DNA of 32,000 nt, taken from Candidatus Kuenenia stuttgartensis. GTDB lineage: Bacteria > Planctomycetota > Brocadiia > Brocadiales > Brocadiaceae. The stretch's first letter is position 1. The number at the start of each line of letters is the position of its first letter. The position numbers were made by a program, and so were the translations under genes. The notes under the pieces were generated by a model. The model saw only the letters and a program-made list of their open reading frames with translations. It did no database searches and was not told the DNA's origin. The stretch is from the NCBI RefSeq assembly GCF_900232105.1, contig NZ_LT934425.1, positions 2,460,001 through 2,492,000 of the forward strand, given 5' to 3'. Shown one piece after another: positions 16,775 through 25,274 of the stretch.

Positions 16775-17690
16775 CAAGTTATTCATAAGTACCGCAATAT
16801 AATAAGTTACACATATGATATCCATGTAACTGAGAGGGACGGAGTCCAGGCACTGTTTCCTTTTTACTAAAACGAATGATATTGACATAGCTTACGACGA
16901 CAAGGAGTGTAAGGGACATCACCTCATAGCGGAAGAGATTCGGAAGCTTCCGATCCTCGTATTGACGTGAAGAATATTGCCTTTGATGTAGAGAGTAAGA
17001 TGTCATCCTGATTTTTAATAAATCTTGCATGCTTGTCCGCTTGTCAGCCTGTTTTGACCTTTGACCGCTCGCTGCCAACTGTTTATTATCTAATCAACCA
17101 TTTAACGTCTTAACGAATCAACCGTTCTAATGCAGACCTCTGACCTCTGGCTTCTGACTTCCGATCTTTGCCCACTTACCTCGAATTTGAACTATTTACC
17201 CTTTGCCAGTTTTCCGCCTTACTTTTTATAAATGGGGAATGTGCTATATGCCTGTTAAATATGATATAGAAATACCAGAAAGAGTGATAAAAGCGCTTGG
17301 TTTGCGTGAAAGTGAAGTAAGTGAAACGCTAAAAAAAGAACTTTCAGTTTATTTTTTTGAAAAAAAACTTTTAAGTTTTGGTCAGGCAAGACAATTTTCA
17401 GGGTTATCAGTATGGGACTTTCTGGAATTTTTAAGAGAAAGGAAAATCCCTTTGCATTATGATTTGGCTGAGTATGAGGAAGATTTAGAAACAATCAGGG
17501 AATTATCATAATGCCTGTTGTTATTTCCAATGCTTCTCCATTAATAGGACTTGTGGGAATTGAACAACTGCATATCTTAAGAAAATTATGGTCGGAAATA
17601 GTTATTCCTGAGGCTGTGTATAAGGAAGTTGTTGTAGAAGGAAGAGGAAAACAGGGAGCGAATGTAATAGAGGAGGCATGTAAAGAATGG
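16775..17690 (+). repeat. Segmental duplication copy B (matches 6989-7777)
   Basis: See copy A; contains the intact UPF0175 gene and the start of the intact DUF3368 gene. Confidence 0.9.
17248..17511 (+). CDS. UPF0175 family antitoxin
   Basis: MPVKYDIEIPERVIKALGLRESEVSETLKKELSVYFFEKKLLSFGQARQFSGLSVWDFLEFLRERKIPLHYDLAEYEEDLE. The track start at 17203 is upstream; 17248 is preferred. Confidence 0.88.
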   Translation: MPVKYDIEIPERVIKALGLRESEVSETLKKELSVYFFEKKLLSFGQARQFSGLSVWDFLEFLRERKIPLHYDLAEYEEDLETIRELS

Positions 17691-18014
17691 ATAAGAGTTG
17701 TTTCTGTGAAAAACAGGCCAGAAGTTGAAGTATTGCAGACCATTCTTGATGAAGGCGAAGCCGAAGTTATAACGCTGGGACAGGAGATTAAAAAAAGCAT
17801 TCTTTTACTTGACAACAGAGAGCCACGTAATTTTGCAAGGACTGTTAATCTGAAAATGATTGGCACAGTTGGTGTTATTAGATTTGCATGGACGAAAGGC
17901 TTAATAAAAGAACCAATCCATGAGATAAATAAGTTACGGTTGAACGGCTTCTGGATAGGCGAGAAACTTATTGAGCAGTTTAAAAAAGATGTAGAGAGTA
18001 AGATGTCATCCTGA
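17511..18014 (+). CDS. DUF3368 / PIN-like toxin
   Basis: MPVVISNASPLIGLVGIEQLHILRKLWSEIVIPEAVYKEVV...DEGEAEVITLGQEIKKSILLLDNREPRNFARTVNLKMIGTVGVI. Start overlaps the antitoxin stop. Confidence 0.9.
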   Translation: MPVVISNASPLIGLVGIEQLHILRKLWSEIVIPEAVYKEVVVEGRGKQGANVIEEACKEWIRVVSVKNRPEVEVLQTILDEGEAEVITLGQEIKKSILLLDNREPRNFARTVNLKMIGTVGVIRFAWTKGLIKEPIHEINKLRLNGFWIGEKLIEQFKKDVESKMSS

Positions 18015-18181
18015 TTTTTAATAAATCTTGCATGCTTGTCAGCTTGTCAGCCTGTTTTTGACCTTTGACCGCTCACGGCCAAACTGCCAACTGTTTATTA
18101 TCTAATCAACCATTTAACGTCTTAACGACTCAACCGTTCTAATGCAGACCTCTGACCTCTGACTTCAGGCCTCTGGATAAT

Positions 18182-18562
18182 ATGAAAATTGAATCAGCTA
18201 AGGATTTGCGGGTGTATCAGAAAGCTTATGCACTTGCTATGGAACTGTTTGAACTTTCGAAAGAATTCCACTGTGAGGAGCGTTTTGCTCTTACAGATCA
18301 AATACGCCGATCATCAAGATCAGTCTGCGCCAACCTGAGAGAAGCTTGGGCAAAAAGGCGTTACCCTGCACATTTTGTAAGCAAACTTACAGACTGTGAC
18401 GGAGAAAACAGTGAAACAGATACATGGTTAGACTTTGCACGAGACTGCAACTACATTACGGACAAACATCATAAGGAGCTGACGTCTATTTGCTTAGAAG
18501 TTGGAAAAATGCTTGGGAGTATGATCAATAATCCAAAGCCGTTTCTGATCTCCGCCCCCTGA
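18182..18562 (+). CDS. Four-helix bundle protein (S23-like / TIGR02436 type)
   Basis: KDLRVYQKAYALAMELFELSKEF...ALTDQIRRSSRSVCANLREAWAKRRY...LDFARDCNYI. Confidence 0.9.
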   Translation: MKIESAKDLRVYQKAYALAMELFELSKEFHCEERFALTDQIRRSSRSVCANLREAWAKRRYPAHFVSKLTDCDGENSETDTWLDFARDCNYITDKHHKELTSICLEVGKMLGSMINNPKPFLISAP

Positions 18563-18628
18563 TCTCTGACCTCTGACCTCTGACCTCTGGTCTCTGGTCT
18601 CTGATCTCTGACTTCTGACCTATGACCT
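18559..18628 (+). repeat. Heptanucleotide tandem array, 10 units of CTGACCT-like sequence
   Basis: CTGATCT CTGACCT CTGACCT CTGACCT CTGGTCT CTGGTCT CTGATCT CTGACTT CTGACCT ATGACCT; the first unit overlaps the stop codon of the four-helix gene. Confidence 0.92.
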
Positions 18629-18681
18629 CAGATTAAAACCAATTAACGAATCAAAAGATAAATGTTACAGAAAGAGCATCA

Positions 18682-19686
18682 ATGGAAATAATCAATCCAC
18701 ACGACAAATTTTTCAAAGAGACCTTTTCCATAAAGAAAAATGTAATCGATTTTCTCCAGGGAACATTTCCCCCTGAAATTTTGAAAAAGCTGGATTTATC
18801 CACTTTAACACAGGATAATAATTCATATATCGACGAAGAACTAAAAGAACATTTCTCAGACATTGTATATACCTGTTTCTGTAAAGACAAAGAACTCCGG
18901 ATAACCCTTTTATTCGAGCACAAGAGTTATGCCGTAGCATGTCCGTATCTACAGTTGATGAAATACCTTTTAAAGATATGGGAAGCAAACAGCAAGCAGT
19001 CACAAAGGCTCATGCCGGTAATTCCGGTGATATTGTATCATGGCAAAGATGCGTGGAAAGTCAGGAGATTCAGAGACTATTTTGAAGGGATAGACGAGGT
19101 ATTCTTTAGATTTATACCGGAATTTGAATATCTGCTGACGGATCTGAGTTGTTATAGTAATGAGGAAATAAAGGACAGGGCATTTAGAAGGGTATCCCTT
19201 CAAATAACCATGTTATTAATGAGGAATATATATAATGACAAAATTCTGGGAGACAAGCTAAAGGCATTCTTTGAAATAGGGAAGCAGTATTTTGAAGAGG
19301 GTGAAGGATTAAAGTTTCTGGAAAGTGTGATCAGGTATTTGTACTATGCGTCGGATATAGAGGAAGAAAGGGTAATAGATACCCTAAAAGAGATATCGGA
19401 AGAAGGAGGTAGATTAAGCATGACAATAGCAGCCAGATTAATAGAAAAAGGCAAAATGGCCGGTAGGGCGGAAGGTAAAGTAGAAGGTAAAGTAGAAGGT
19501 AGAGTAGAAGGCCGGATAGAAGGCCTAAAAGAAGCGATAGAGATTGGTTTGGAGCTAAAGTATGGCGTTGAAGGTTTAAGGCTTCTGGAACGTATCAGTA
19601 AAATAGTAGTAATAGAGAAACTGGAGGCAATAAAAGAGGCGGTGAAAATATCAAAGAATATGGAAGAAATTGAAAAATTGCTCTAA
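18682..19686 (+). CDS. Rpn family recombination-promoting nuclease / PD-(D/E)XK 'transposase' family protein
   Basis: NPHDKFFKETFSIKKNVIDFLQGTFP...HFSDIVYTCFCKDKELRITLLFEHKSYAVACPYLQLMKYLLKIWE...VIPVILYHGKDAW. Confidence 0.9.
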   Translation: MEIINPHDKFFKETFSIKKNVIDFLQGTFPPEILKKLDLSTLTQDNNSYIDEELKEHFSDIVYTCFCKDKELRITLLFEHKSYAVACPYLQLMKYLLKIWEANSKQSQRLMPVIPVILYHGKDAWKVRRFRDYFEGIDEVFFRFIPEFEYLLTDLSCYSNEEIKDRAFRRVSLQITMLLMRNIYNDKILGDKLKAFFEIGKQYFEEGEGLKFLESVIRYLYYASDIEEERVIDTLKEISEEGGRLSMTIAARLIEKGKMAGRAEGKVEGKVEGRVEGRIEGLKEAIEIGLELKYGVEGLRLLERISKIVVIEKLEAIKEAVKISKNMEEIEKLL

Positions 19687-19940
19687 CATGAAAAACTCAT
19701 ATCGTAACAATTTAGCTTGCCGCAGAGAACGCTGGGACTTCGTCGTGAGCTCAATCGAACAATCGCAGAGGTTTTTAGGAGATAAAAACAGAAAATTATG
19801 CAGGTGCCCACGGGTATTTGTTTTCTCCGTGTTATCCGCGCCCTTTACGGTGAACTATTACCTCATATCTTATCCATGAAATATGGAAAAGAACTAAATT
19901 CACTGGTCAACTCATTAGAAAAAAAGACTCGACCGCAGAC

Positions 19941-20010
19941 CTCCGACTTCTGCCCTCCGACCCCTGACTTCCGACTTCTGACTTCTAGTCTCTGCCCTCT
20001 GACTTCCGGG
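19941..20010 (+). repeat. Degenerate heptanucleotide array, about 10 units (YTCYGAC-like)
   Basis: ctccgac ttctgcc ctccgac ccctgac ttccgac ttctgac ttctagt ctctgcc ctctgac ttccggg. Confidence 0.8.
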
Positions 20011-20096
20011 TGTATCAGAAAGCTTATGCACTTGCTATGGAACTGTTTGAACTTTCGAAAGAATTCCCCTGTGAGGAGCGTTTTGCTCTTACAGAG
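20008..20096 (+). pseudogene. Duplicated 89-bp fragment of the four-helix bundle gene
   Basis: cgggtgtatcagaaagcttatgcacttgctatggaactgtttgaac... matches 18209-18297 almost exactly. Confidence 0.9.
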
Positions 20097-20157
20097 TAAC
20101 TGTTCAGCGTAAATATTATCGTTTAATACCGACTTGCTCCCAAACTCCGGTTTCTCG

Positions 20158-20309
20158 TACATCGTTTCGTTAAAATGTGTACGTAAAAAATGTCATTGCG
20201 AGGAGTGGAGCGACGAAGCAATCTCTTGTTCCCAAAAGACTTAAGATTGCTTCGCTGTCGCTCGCAATGACGGTATCAATGTAGATATTCTAATGAAACG
20301 CTATACTAG
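20158..20309. repeat. MITE-like palindromic repeat, copy B (about 152 bp)
   Basis: TACATCGTTTCGTTAAAATGTG...CATTGCGAGGAGTGGAGCGACGAAGCAATCT...AGATTGCTTCGCTGTCGCTCGCAATG...TCTAATGAAACGCTATACTAG; pairs with 4514-4665. Confidence 0.88.
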
Positions 20310-20453
20310 ATTTAAAAATCCAGTAGATATTAAAACTTTTGTTGCTAATGGTAAAAGGAAGGCCGAAAGCTGAACTGAAAAAGATTCCTTTTAGTTCTGG
20401 GGACACCATACATAAATTATTGACTTCATTATTAAAATAGTTAAGAGGTGTTC

Positions 20454-21290
20454 ATGTCCAGAATTGCGCATATGGTAGTTCCGGAAACGCCACATCATAT
20501 TACTCAACGAGGAAGTCGACATTTGCAGGCATTCTTCTGCGACTAGGATTGTGAGGCTACATATACTTGATGTCTCAGTGGTGTAGGCGCTGGGACATTG
20601 AAATATGTGCATATTGCTTGCTACCAAACCATGTACACCTGATTGGGGTCCGTCCTCTGGAAATGCGCTTAGTCAGGCGATTGGATAAGTGCATCGACGC
20701 TACACAAGTCGCGTAAACTTCCGGGAAGGCTGGAGAGGGCGCCTGTCACAAGGACGTTTTGCCTCTTCCTTAATAGACAAAACCCATTTGTACTTAGCCG
20801 CACGCTATGTTGAACTGAATCCGGTGAGAGCAAAATTAGTTAAGAAACTACAGGAGTACCGATGGAGTAGTGCACCGGCACACATTGCTGGGAGGTGCAT
20901 TCCCGATTTTTTGTAATTATCTGCACAATGTAACACAAGCATACTGCTTGTGATATTTAATACACAAGCTGCCTGCCTATACGGGTTGGCACAGGCATTT
21001 TGCCTGTGCGAAATACAGGCAGGAATGACTGTACCACCCTTGCTGGGAGAGATGACCGTCTTGTGCATGTAGAGCCGTTGCTTGAGATGTTTGGCAAGTG
21101 GGACGATTTTCTTACCAGCGGTCTATCGGAAGAAGAAGTCGAAGAGGTTAGATGTCATGAACGAACCGGAAGACTTCCTGGCGCTAACAGTTTTTTAGTC
21201 CAGCTTGAAAATGCCCATGGAAGAATACTCCATAAGCAAAAACCTGGCCCAAAGAGGTCTCAAAAGGAAAAGAAGCCTCTCCTGAATTAA
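20454..21290 (+). pseudogene. REP-associated tyrosine transposase (Y1/IS200-like), copy 3, degenerate and interrupted
   Basis: Same 5' leader and start as the other copies; MHRRYTSRVNFREGWRGR, HLYLAARYVELNPVRAKLVKKL fragments; C-terminal part resumes after 21039. Confidence 0.85.
20894..21039 (+). mobile_element. Second small insertion type, about 146 bp, with 9-bp target duplication TTGCTGGGA
   Basis: TTGCTGGGA at 20885-20893 and 21040-21048 flank GGTGCATTCCCGATTTTTTG...CAGGCAGGAATGACTGTACCACCC. Confidence 0.85.
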
Positions 21291-21309
21291 GTATGATGTC
21301 CCTGTAATT

Positions 21310-21552
21310 CCCAATGCTATTGCTGAACTTTTGAATAAAGAGCCTGAATTAAGGGAGAAATTGATAGTAGGCGCCTATATTGACGGAGAGATAAATCCTG
21401 GAAAAGCGGCAGAACTATTGGGGATTCACCCGGTTAAGCTGAGAGGGCAACTTTTATCAAAAGGCATACCTGTCAGGATAGGTGTAGAAACGATAGAAGA
21501 AATAGTAGCCGAAGGGATAGCTGCAAGAGGTACCAGGGAAAGTGCTGAATGA
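21310..21552 (+). CDS. UPF0175-like antitoxin (5' end adjusted; true start unclear)
   Basis: IPNAIAELLNKEPELREKLIVGAYIDGEINPGKAAELLGIHPVKLRGQLLSKGIPVRIGVETIEEIVAEG. Confidence 0.6.
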   Translation, partial: PNAIAELLNKEPELREKLIVGAYIDGEINPGKAAELLGIHPVKLRGQLLSKGIPVRIGVETIEEIVAEGIAARGTRESAE

Positions 21553-21557
21553 TACTT

Positions 21558-21620
21558 ATGGACAACAATGTCCTGTCAAACTTTGCCCTGATAGGAGAGA
21601 TAAACCTTCTACAAGACTAC
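21558..21620 (+). pseudogene. 5' fragment of a PIN-domain (VapC/DUF3368-like) toxin gene
   Basis: MDNNVLSNFALIGEINLLQDY (PIN N-terminal D-N-x-x-L-S-N), then fused to unrelated sequence. Confidence 0.65.
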
Positions 21621-21953
21621 AGTTTGCTGAGAATGTGGATATTCAGACAGAGGAATTTTGTGAAGATATGGCTGCCAAAAAAATAGAATATGTCATAATG
21701 ATTGTAATCAACGATAGATACAGACATCGGCATATTCATGAGACATGAGGGAGGAAAGATAGTATTTTTCAGGGTACCATATAAGACAAGAATTAATGAT
21801 AAATGGTGTCCTGTTGTCAGATATGATACTGCTCGTGGATTTGTACATGGGGATTTGATGAGTGTCAATGGAGATGTAAAGAAAACACCTTTATTTAATC
21901 AAGACAATAACAGTGCATTAACTTTTGCTGAAAATGATCTAAAATCTAATTGA
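21620..21953 (+). pseudogene. Truncated and frameshifted small conserved protein (DUF7718-like, tentative)
   Basis: LQFAENVDIQTEEFCEDMAAKKIEYVIMIVINDRYRHRHI / MRHEGGKIVFFRVPYKTRINDKWCPVVRYDTARGFVHGDLM...ALTFAENDLKSN in two frames. Confidence 0.5.
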
Positions 21954-21988
21954 GAGTATTACAAAAAGAGATTTTTGGAGGAGGGGTG

Positions 21989-22267
21989 ATGTGCAAGGAA
22001 AAAGAAATGATAGAGCGCAATATTGAGCTAAGCGCTGAGTTTAGCAGGTATTTGTTTGAACATCCGGAAGTTGAAACAAAGATACCACTGGATGCAAAGG
22101 TTGTGCTTTTGCCTGAATTTGACAAAGAATTAAAGAGATTTAATCTTCAATTGGGAAAAAACATCGAAGCGGATGGTGGGCGGGTGGTATATATACTGAT
22201 CAAAAATATTCGCCCTAAGGTTTTGTCAAGAATAGAAAAAATAGAATTTGAACCTGTTGCGAATTAA
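21989..22267 (+). CDS. DUF5647-like small protein (tentative family)
   Basis: MCKEKEMIERNIELSAEFSRYLFEHPEVETKIPLDAKVVLLPEFDKELKRFNLQLGKNIEADGGRVVYILIKNI; good ggaggggtg RBS. Confidence 0.6.
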   Translation: MCKEKEMIERNIELSAEFSRYLFEHPEVETKIPLDAKVVLLPEFDKELKRFNLQLGKNIEADGGRVVYILIKNIRPKVLSRIEKIEFEPVAN

Positions 22268-22701
22268 GTGTTTTTCTCCATAGAGAAAATCTTAGAGGGG
22301 CTTCTCTGTGATAGATAAAAAGAGAATTGTAGAGAAAAGCGGCATGCTTGGCTTTGAAAAACACGAGGTGGAAAATGAAACTGCTGCTTATAAATCCATA
22401 TTTTGAATGGACGTGTTTATACGCCATCCATTGTCTTCTTGTCCTGGCTATCACATTAAAGATGCTGTTTTGAAATTAATTCAAGTAGTTTTGGAACGGG
22501 AAAAGAAGAAAAAGACGTAGGACTAAAAAAGGGGAGATATTCTATGAGATGGGATGAATTTATAAGGGGAATTAAGAGGTTCTGTGGTTTTTTGCAAGAC
22601 CAGGTTGAGAAGGGGGAAAATAATCTTTTGAAATTTTGTGCCCCTTGCGTCTTTGCGTGGAACAATTTTCTCTTCCGGCTCGTTCGGGTTAGGCCATCTA
22701 A

Positions 22702-24558
22702 ATGAAAACTATTTTTTCTAAATTTTTATATTTATTTAACCGCAGAGAAAAGCTACAGATATTTGCCCTGTTTATTTTAATACTTGTAAGCGCCTTATTT
22801 GAGACATTTGGGGTGGGGCTAATGTACCCCTTTATTTCGATACTTAAAAATCCGGAAGTTATCCACTCTTATAGAATCTTGCATTGGTTTTATGTTTTCA
22901 TGGGTATGGGGTCCTTGAAAGAATTCTTAATTTGGGCTGTAATAGGATTGATTGCATTTTATTTACTCAAAAATGTCTTCCTGGTTTTATTGGCTTATGC
23001 ACAATCAAGATTCATTTATAATAAACAGATATTGTTTGCCCACCGTTTATTTGTTTTCTATCTTAATCAGCCCTATACCTTTCATGTGCAAAGGAATACC
23101 GCAGAATTATTGCATAAAATCAACGTTACGGTTTCTACGCTTTTTAGTGGTTTTCTGCTTTATGCGATAATGTTCGTGATTGAAATAATAACTACTCTGT
23201 CTATCCTTTGCCTACTCATTATATTAAAACCACTGCCGTCTATAATTGCAGTAAGCGTGTTGGGCATTATTACAATTTTTTTTTATAAGTTAATTCGGAA
23301 AAAGATCGGGAAGCTCGGTGAGATGAGGCATCATTTCGGCGAACAGATGGTCCGCTGGGTTACTCAGGGTTTGGGCGGGATAAAGGAAACCAAGGTGCTG
23401 GGGAGGGAAGGGTTCTTTGCTAATGAATACAATAAAAACAGCAAGGGATATGTTAATGCAGAAAGATTTCTCTATGTGATTAATCAACTCCCTCGCCCAT
23501 TTCTGGAGACGATATGCATTTTGAGTATGTTCCTGATAATGCTATTAATGATGGCTCAGAATAAAGATTTGGGATCGATCATACCCACATTGTCATTATT
23601 TGCAATGGCTGCTTTTCGAATCATACCATCTATGAACCGCATCTTTGCAGCCGCCACACTGATGCGCTACAACAGTTCTTCGGTTGAAATAGTTTATAAT
23701 GAACTCACTTCCTTCGATAAACATCCTGCTTCATTTGAAAGGGCGCCTGCTGATGTTATTGCAAAAACAGTGGACAAACCAAAAACTCCTGCTGTTTCCT
23801 TTCCCGCAGGAGAGTCCTTCTTTGATAATGCAATAGAGCTTAAGAACGTTTCCTATCAATATCCCAATACTGAGAAGGCTGTTCTTAACGGTATTTCGCT
23901 CGTAATTCCAAAGCACTATTCTATCGGATTTGTTGGTCCATCGGGGGCGGGTAAGACTACTCTTGTGGATGTGATTATCGGCCTGCTTACGCCAACACAT
24001 GGAGAGGTATTGGTCGATGGTAAAATTATGAAAGATAATTTATCAGATTGGCAACGCCGAATAGGTTACATTCCACAGAGCATATATCTCTCCGATGACA
24101 CCATTCGGCGGAACATAGCTTTTGGTTTGCCTGATGAACAAATCGATGAGGATCAAATCTGGTCGGTTCTTGAATCTGCGCAACTTAAGGAATTCGTTAA
24201 TAATCTACCTGATAAACTTGGTACTTTTGTAGGGGAGCGGGGCATTCGTCTTTCAGGTGGCCAACGGCAACGCATAGGTATTGCCAGGGCATTGTATCGT
24301 AATCCTGAGGTGCTGGTGATGGATGAGGGCACTGCTTCATTGGATAACGAAACGGAATGGGAAATTATGCAGACAGTAAAAAACCTACGTGGGGAAAAAA
24401 CAACAATAATTATTGCGCACCGTTTAAGTACTATAAAAAATTGCAATCTGCTTTATTTCATAAAAGATGGTACTATTACTGACTATGGGGTGTATGACGA
24501 ATTGTTCGATAAAAGCCAGGAGTTTAAATCGATGGTTATGGCAACGGAGTACAAATAG
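22702..24558 (+). CDS. ABC transporter with fused TM and ATPase domains, lipid-linked glycan flippase/exporter type (MsbA/PglK-like)
   Basis: 618 aa; GPSGAGKTTLVDVIIGL Walker A, LSGGQRQRIGIARAL signature, VLVMDEGTASLDNETE Walker B. Confidence 0.92.
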   Translation: MKTIFSKFLYLFNRREKLQIFALFILILVSALFETFGVGLMYPFISILKNPEVIHSYRILHWFYVFMGMGSLKEFLIWAVIGLIAFYLLKNVFLVLLAYAQSRFIYNKQILFAHRLFVFYLNQPYTFHVQRNTAELLHKINVTVSTLFSGFLLYAIMFVIEIITTLSILCLLIILKPLPSIIAVSVLGIITIFFYKLIRKKIGKLGEMRHHFGEQMVRWVTQGLGGIKETKVLGREGFFANEYNKNSKGYVNAERFLYVINQLPRPFLETICILSMFLIMLLMMAQNKDLGSIIPTLSLFAMAAFRIIPSMNRIFAAATLMRYNSSSVEIVYNELTSFDKHPASFERAPADVIAKTVDKPKTPAVSFPAGESFFDNAIELKNVSYQYPNTEKAVLNGISLVIPKHYSIGFVGPSGAGKTTLVDVIIGLLTPTHGEVLVDGKIMKDNLSDWQRRIGYIPQSIYLSDDTIRRNIAFGLPDEQIDEDQIWSVLESAQLKEFVNNLPDKLGTFVGERGIRLSGGQRQRIGIARALYRNPEVLVMDEGTASLDNETEWEIMQTVKNLRGEKTTIIIAHRLSTIKNCNLLYFIKDGTITDYGVYDELFDKSQEFKSMVMATEYK

Positions 24559-24563
24559 AATTC

Positions 24564-25274
24564 ATGGAGGCTATCATCTTGGCAGGTGGTTATGGCACAA
24601 GGCTTCAAAGTGTTATAAAAGATATTCCAAAACCTATGGCGGATATAAACGGCCGCCCATTTCTATCCTATCTAATGGATTATTTATTATGCCAGAATAT
24701 TCGAAAAATCCTGCTTTCTGTTGGATATAAACATGAAATTATTAAAAACTATTTTGGTTTAAGGTATAAAAATTTGGATATCGAATATGTAATAGAAGAT
24801 AAGCCTCTCGGAACTGGCGGCGCTATAAAGGAAGCGTTAAAATGGGTGGAAGGAGATGATGTTGTAGTTTTAAATGGTGATACATTTTTCTACCTTGAAC
24901 TTAAAAAATTAATTGAATTTCATCTTGCACAAGACGCAATTTTAACCATTGCAGTAAAACTTATGCATAATTTTGATAGGTACGGAACGGTGGTATTAAA
25001 AGAAGGCAAAATAATTAATTTCGAAGAAAAAACGTTTAAGGCTGCTGGCTATATAAATGGCGGAGTGTATGTTATTAAAAAAAAGATTTTTGAGTCTTTT
25101 GATATGAAAAAAGATAAATTCTCGTTTGAGATGGATTTTTTGCATAAAAATATAGAGGCAATCAAGCCAGCCGCTTTTTCTAGTGACAGTTATTTTATAG
25201 ACATTGGAATACCCGAAGATTACAAAAAAGCACAAAAAGAAATAGGGCTTATTTTTAAGGAAATAGTCGGATGA
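24564..25274 (+). CDS. hddC: Sugar-1-phosphate nucleotidyltransferase, D-glycero-D-manno-heptose-1-phosphate guanylyltransferase-like
   Basis: MEAIILAGGYGTRLQSVIKDIPKPMADINGRPFL...VIEDKPLGTGGAIKEAL...VLNGDTFF; adjacent heptose kinase-like gene. Symbol by resemblance. Confidence 0.75.
   Translation: MEAIILAGGYGTRLQSVIKDIPKPMADINGRPFLSYLMDYLLCQNIRKILLSVGYKHEIIKNYFGLRYKNLDIEYVIEDKPLGTGGAIKEALKWVEGDDVVVLNGDTFFYLELKKLIEFHLAQDAILTIAVKLMHNFDRYGTVVLKEGKIINFEEKTFKAAGYINGGVYVIKKKIFESFDMKKDKFSFEMDFLHKNIEAIKPAAFSSDSYFIDIGIPEDYKKAQKEIGLIFKEIVG

Noticed and set aside
18182-18562. Four-helix bundle protein as an Avd accessory gene of a diversity-generating retroelement
   Set aside because: No reverse transcriptase ORF and no template/variable repeat pair seen nearby; the protein fits the generic S23-like family.
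18142-18628. Regular short repeats that could suggest a CRISPR array
   Set aside because: Units are 7 bp, contiguous and degenerate, with no 20-45 bp spacers and no cas genes; it is a heptanucleotide tandem repeat.
10930-21300. Possible anti-phage defence island built around RelE/HicA/PIN genes and mobile elements
   Set aside because: All recognisable genes are common TA or transposase types, many broken; no restriction, nuclease-helicase, RT or signalling-effector operon is visible.
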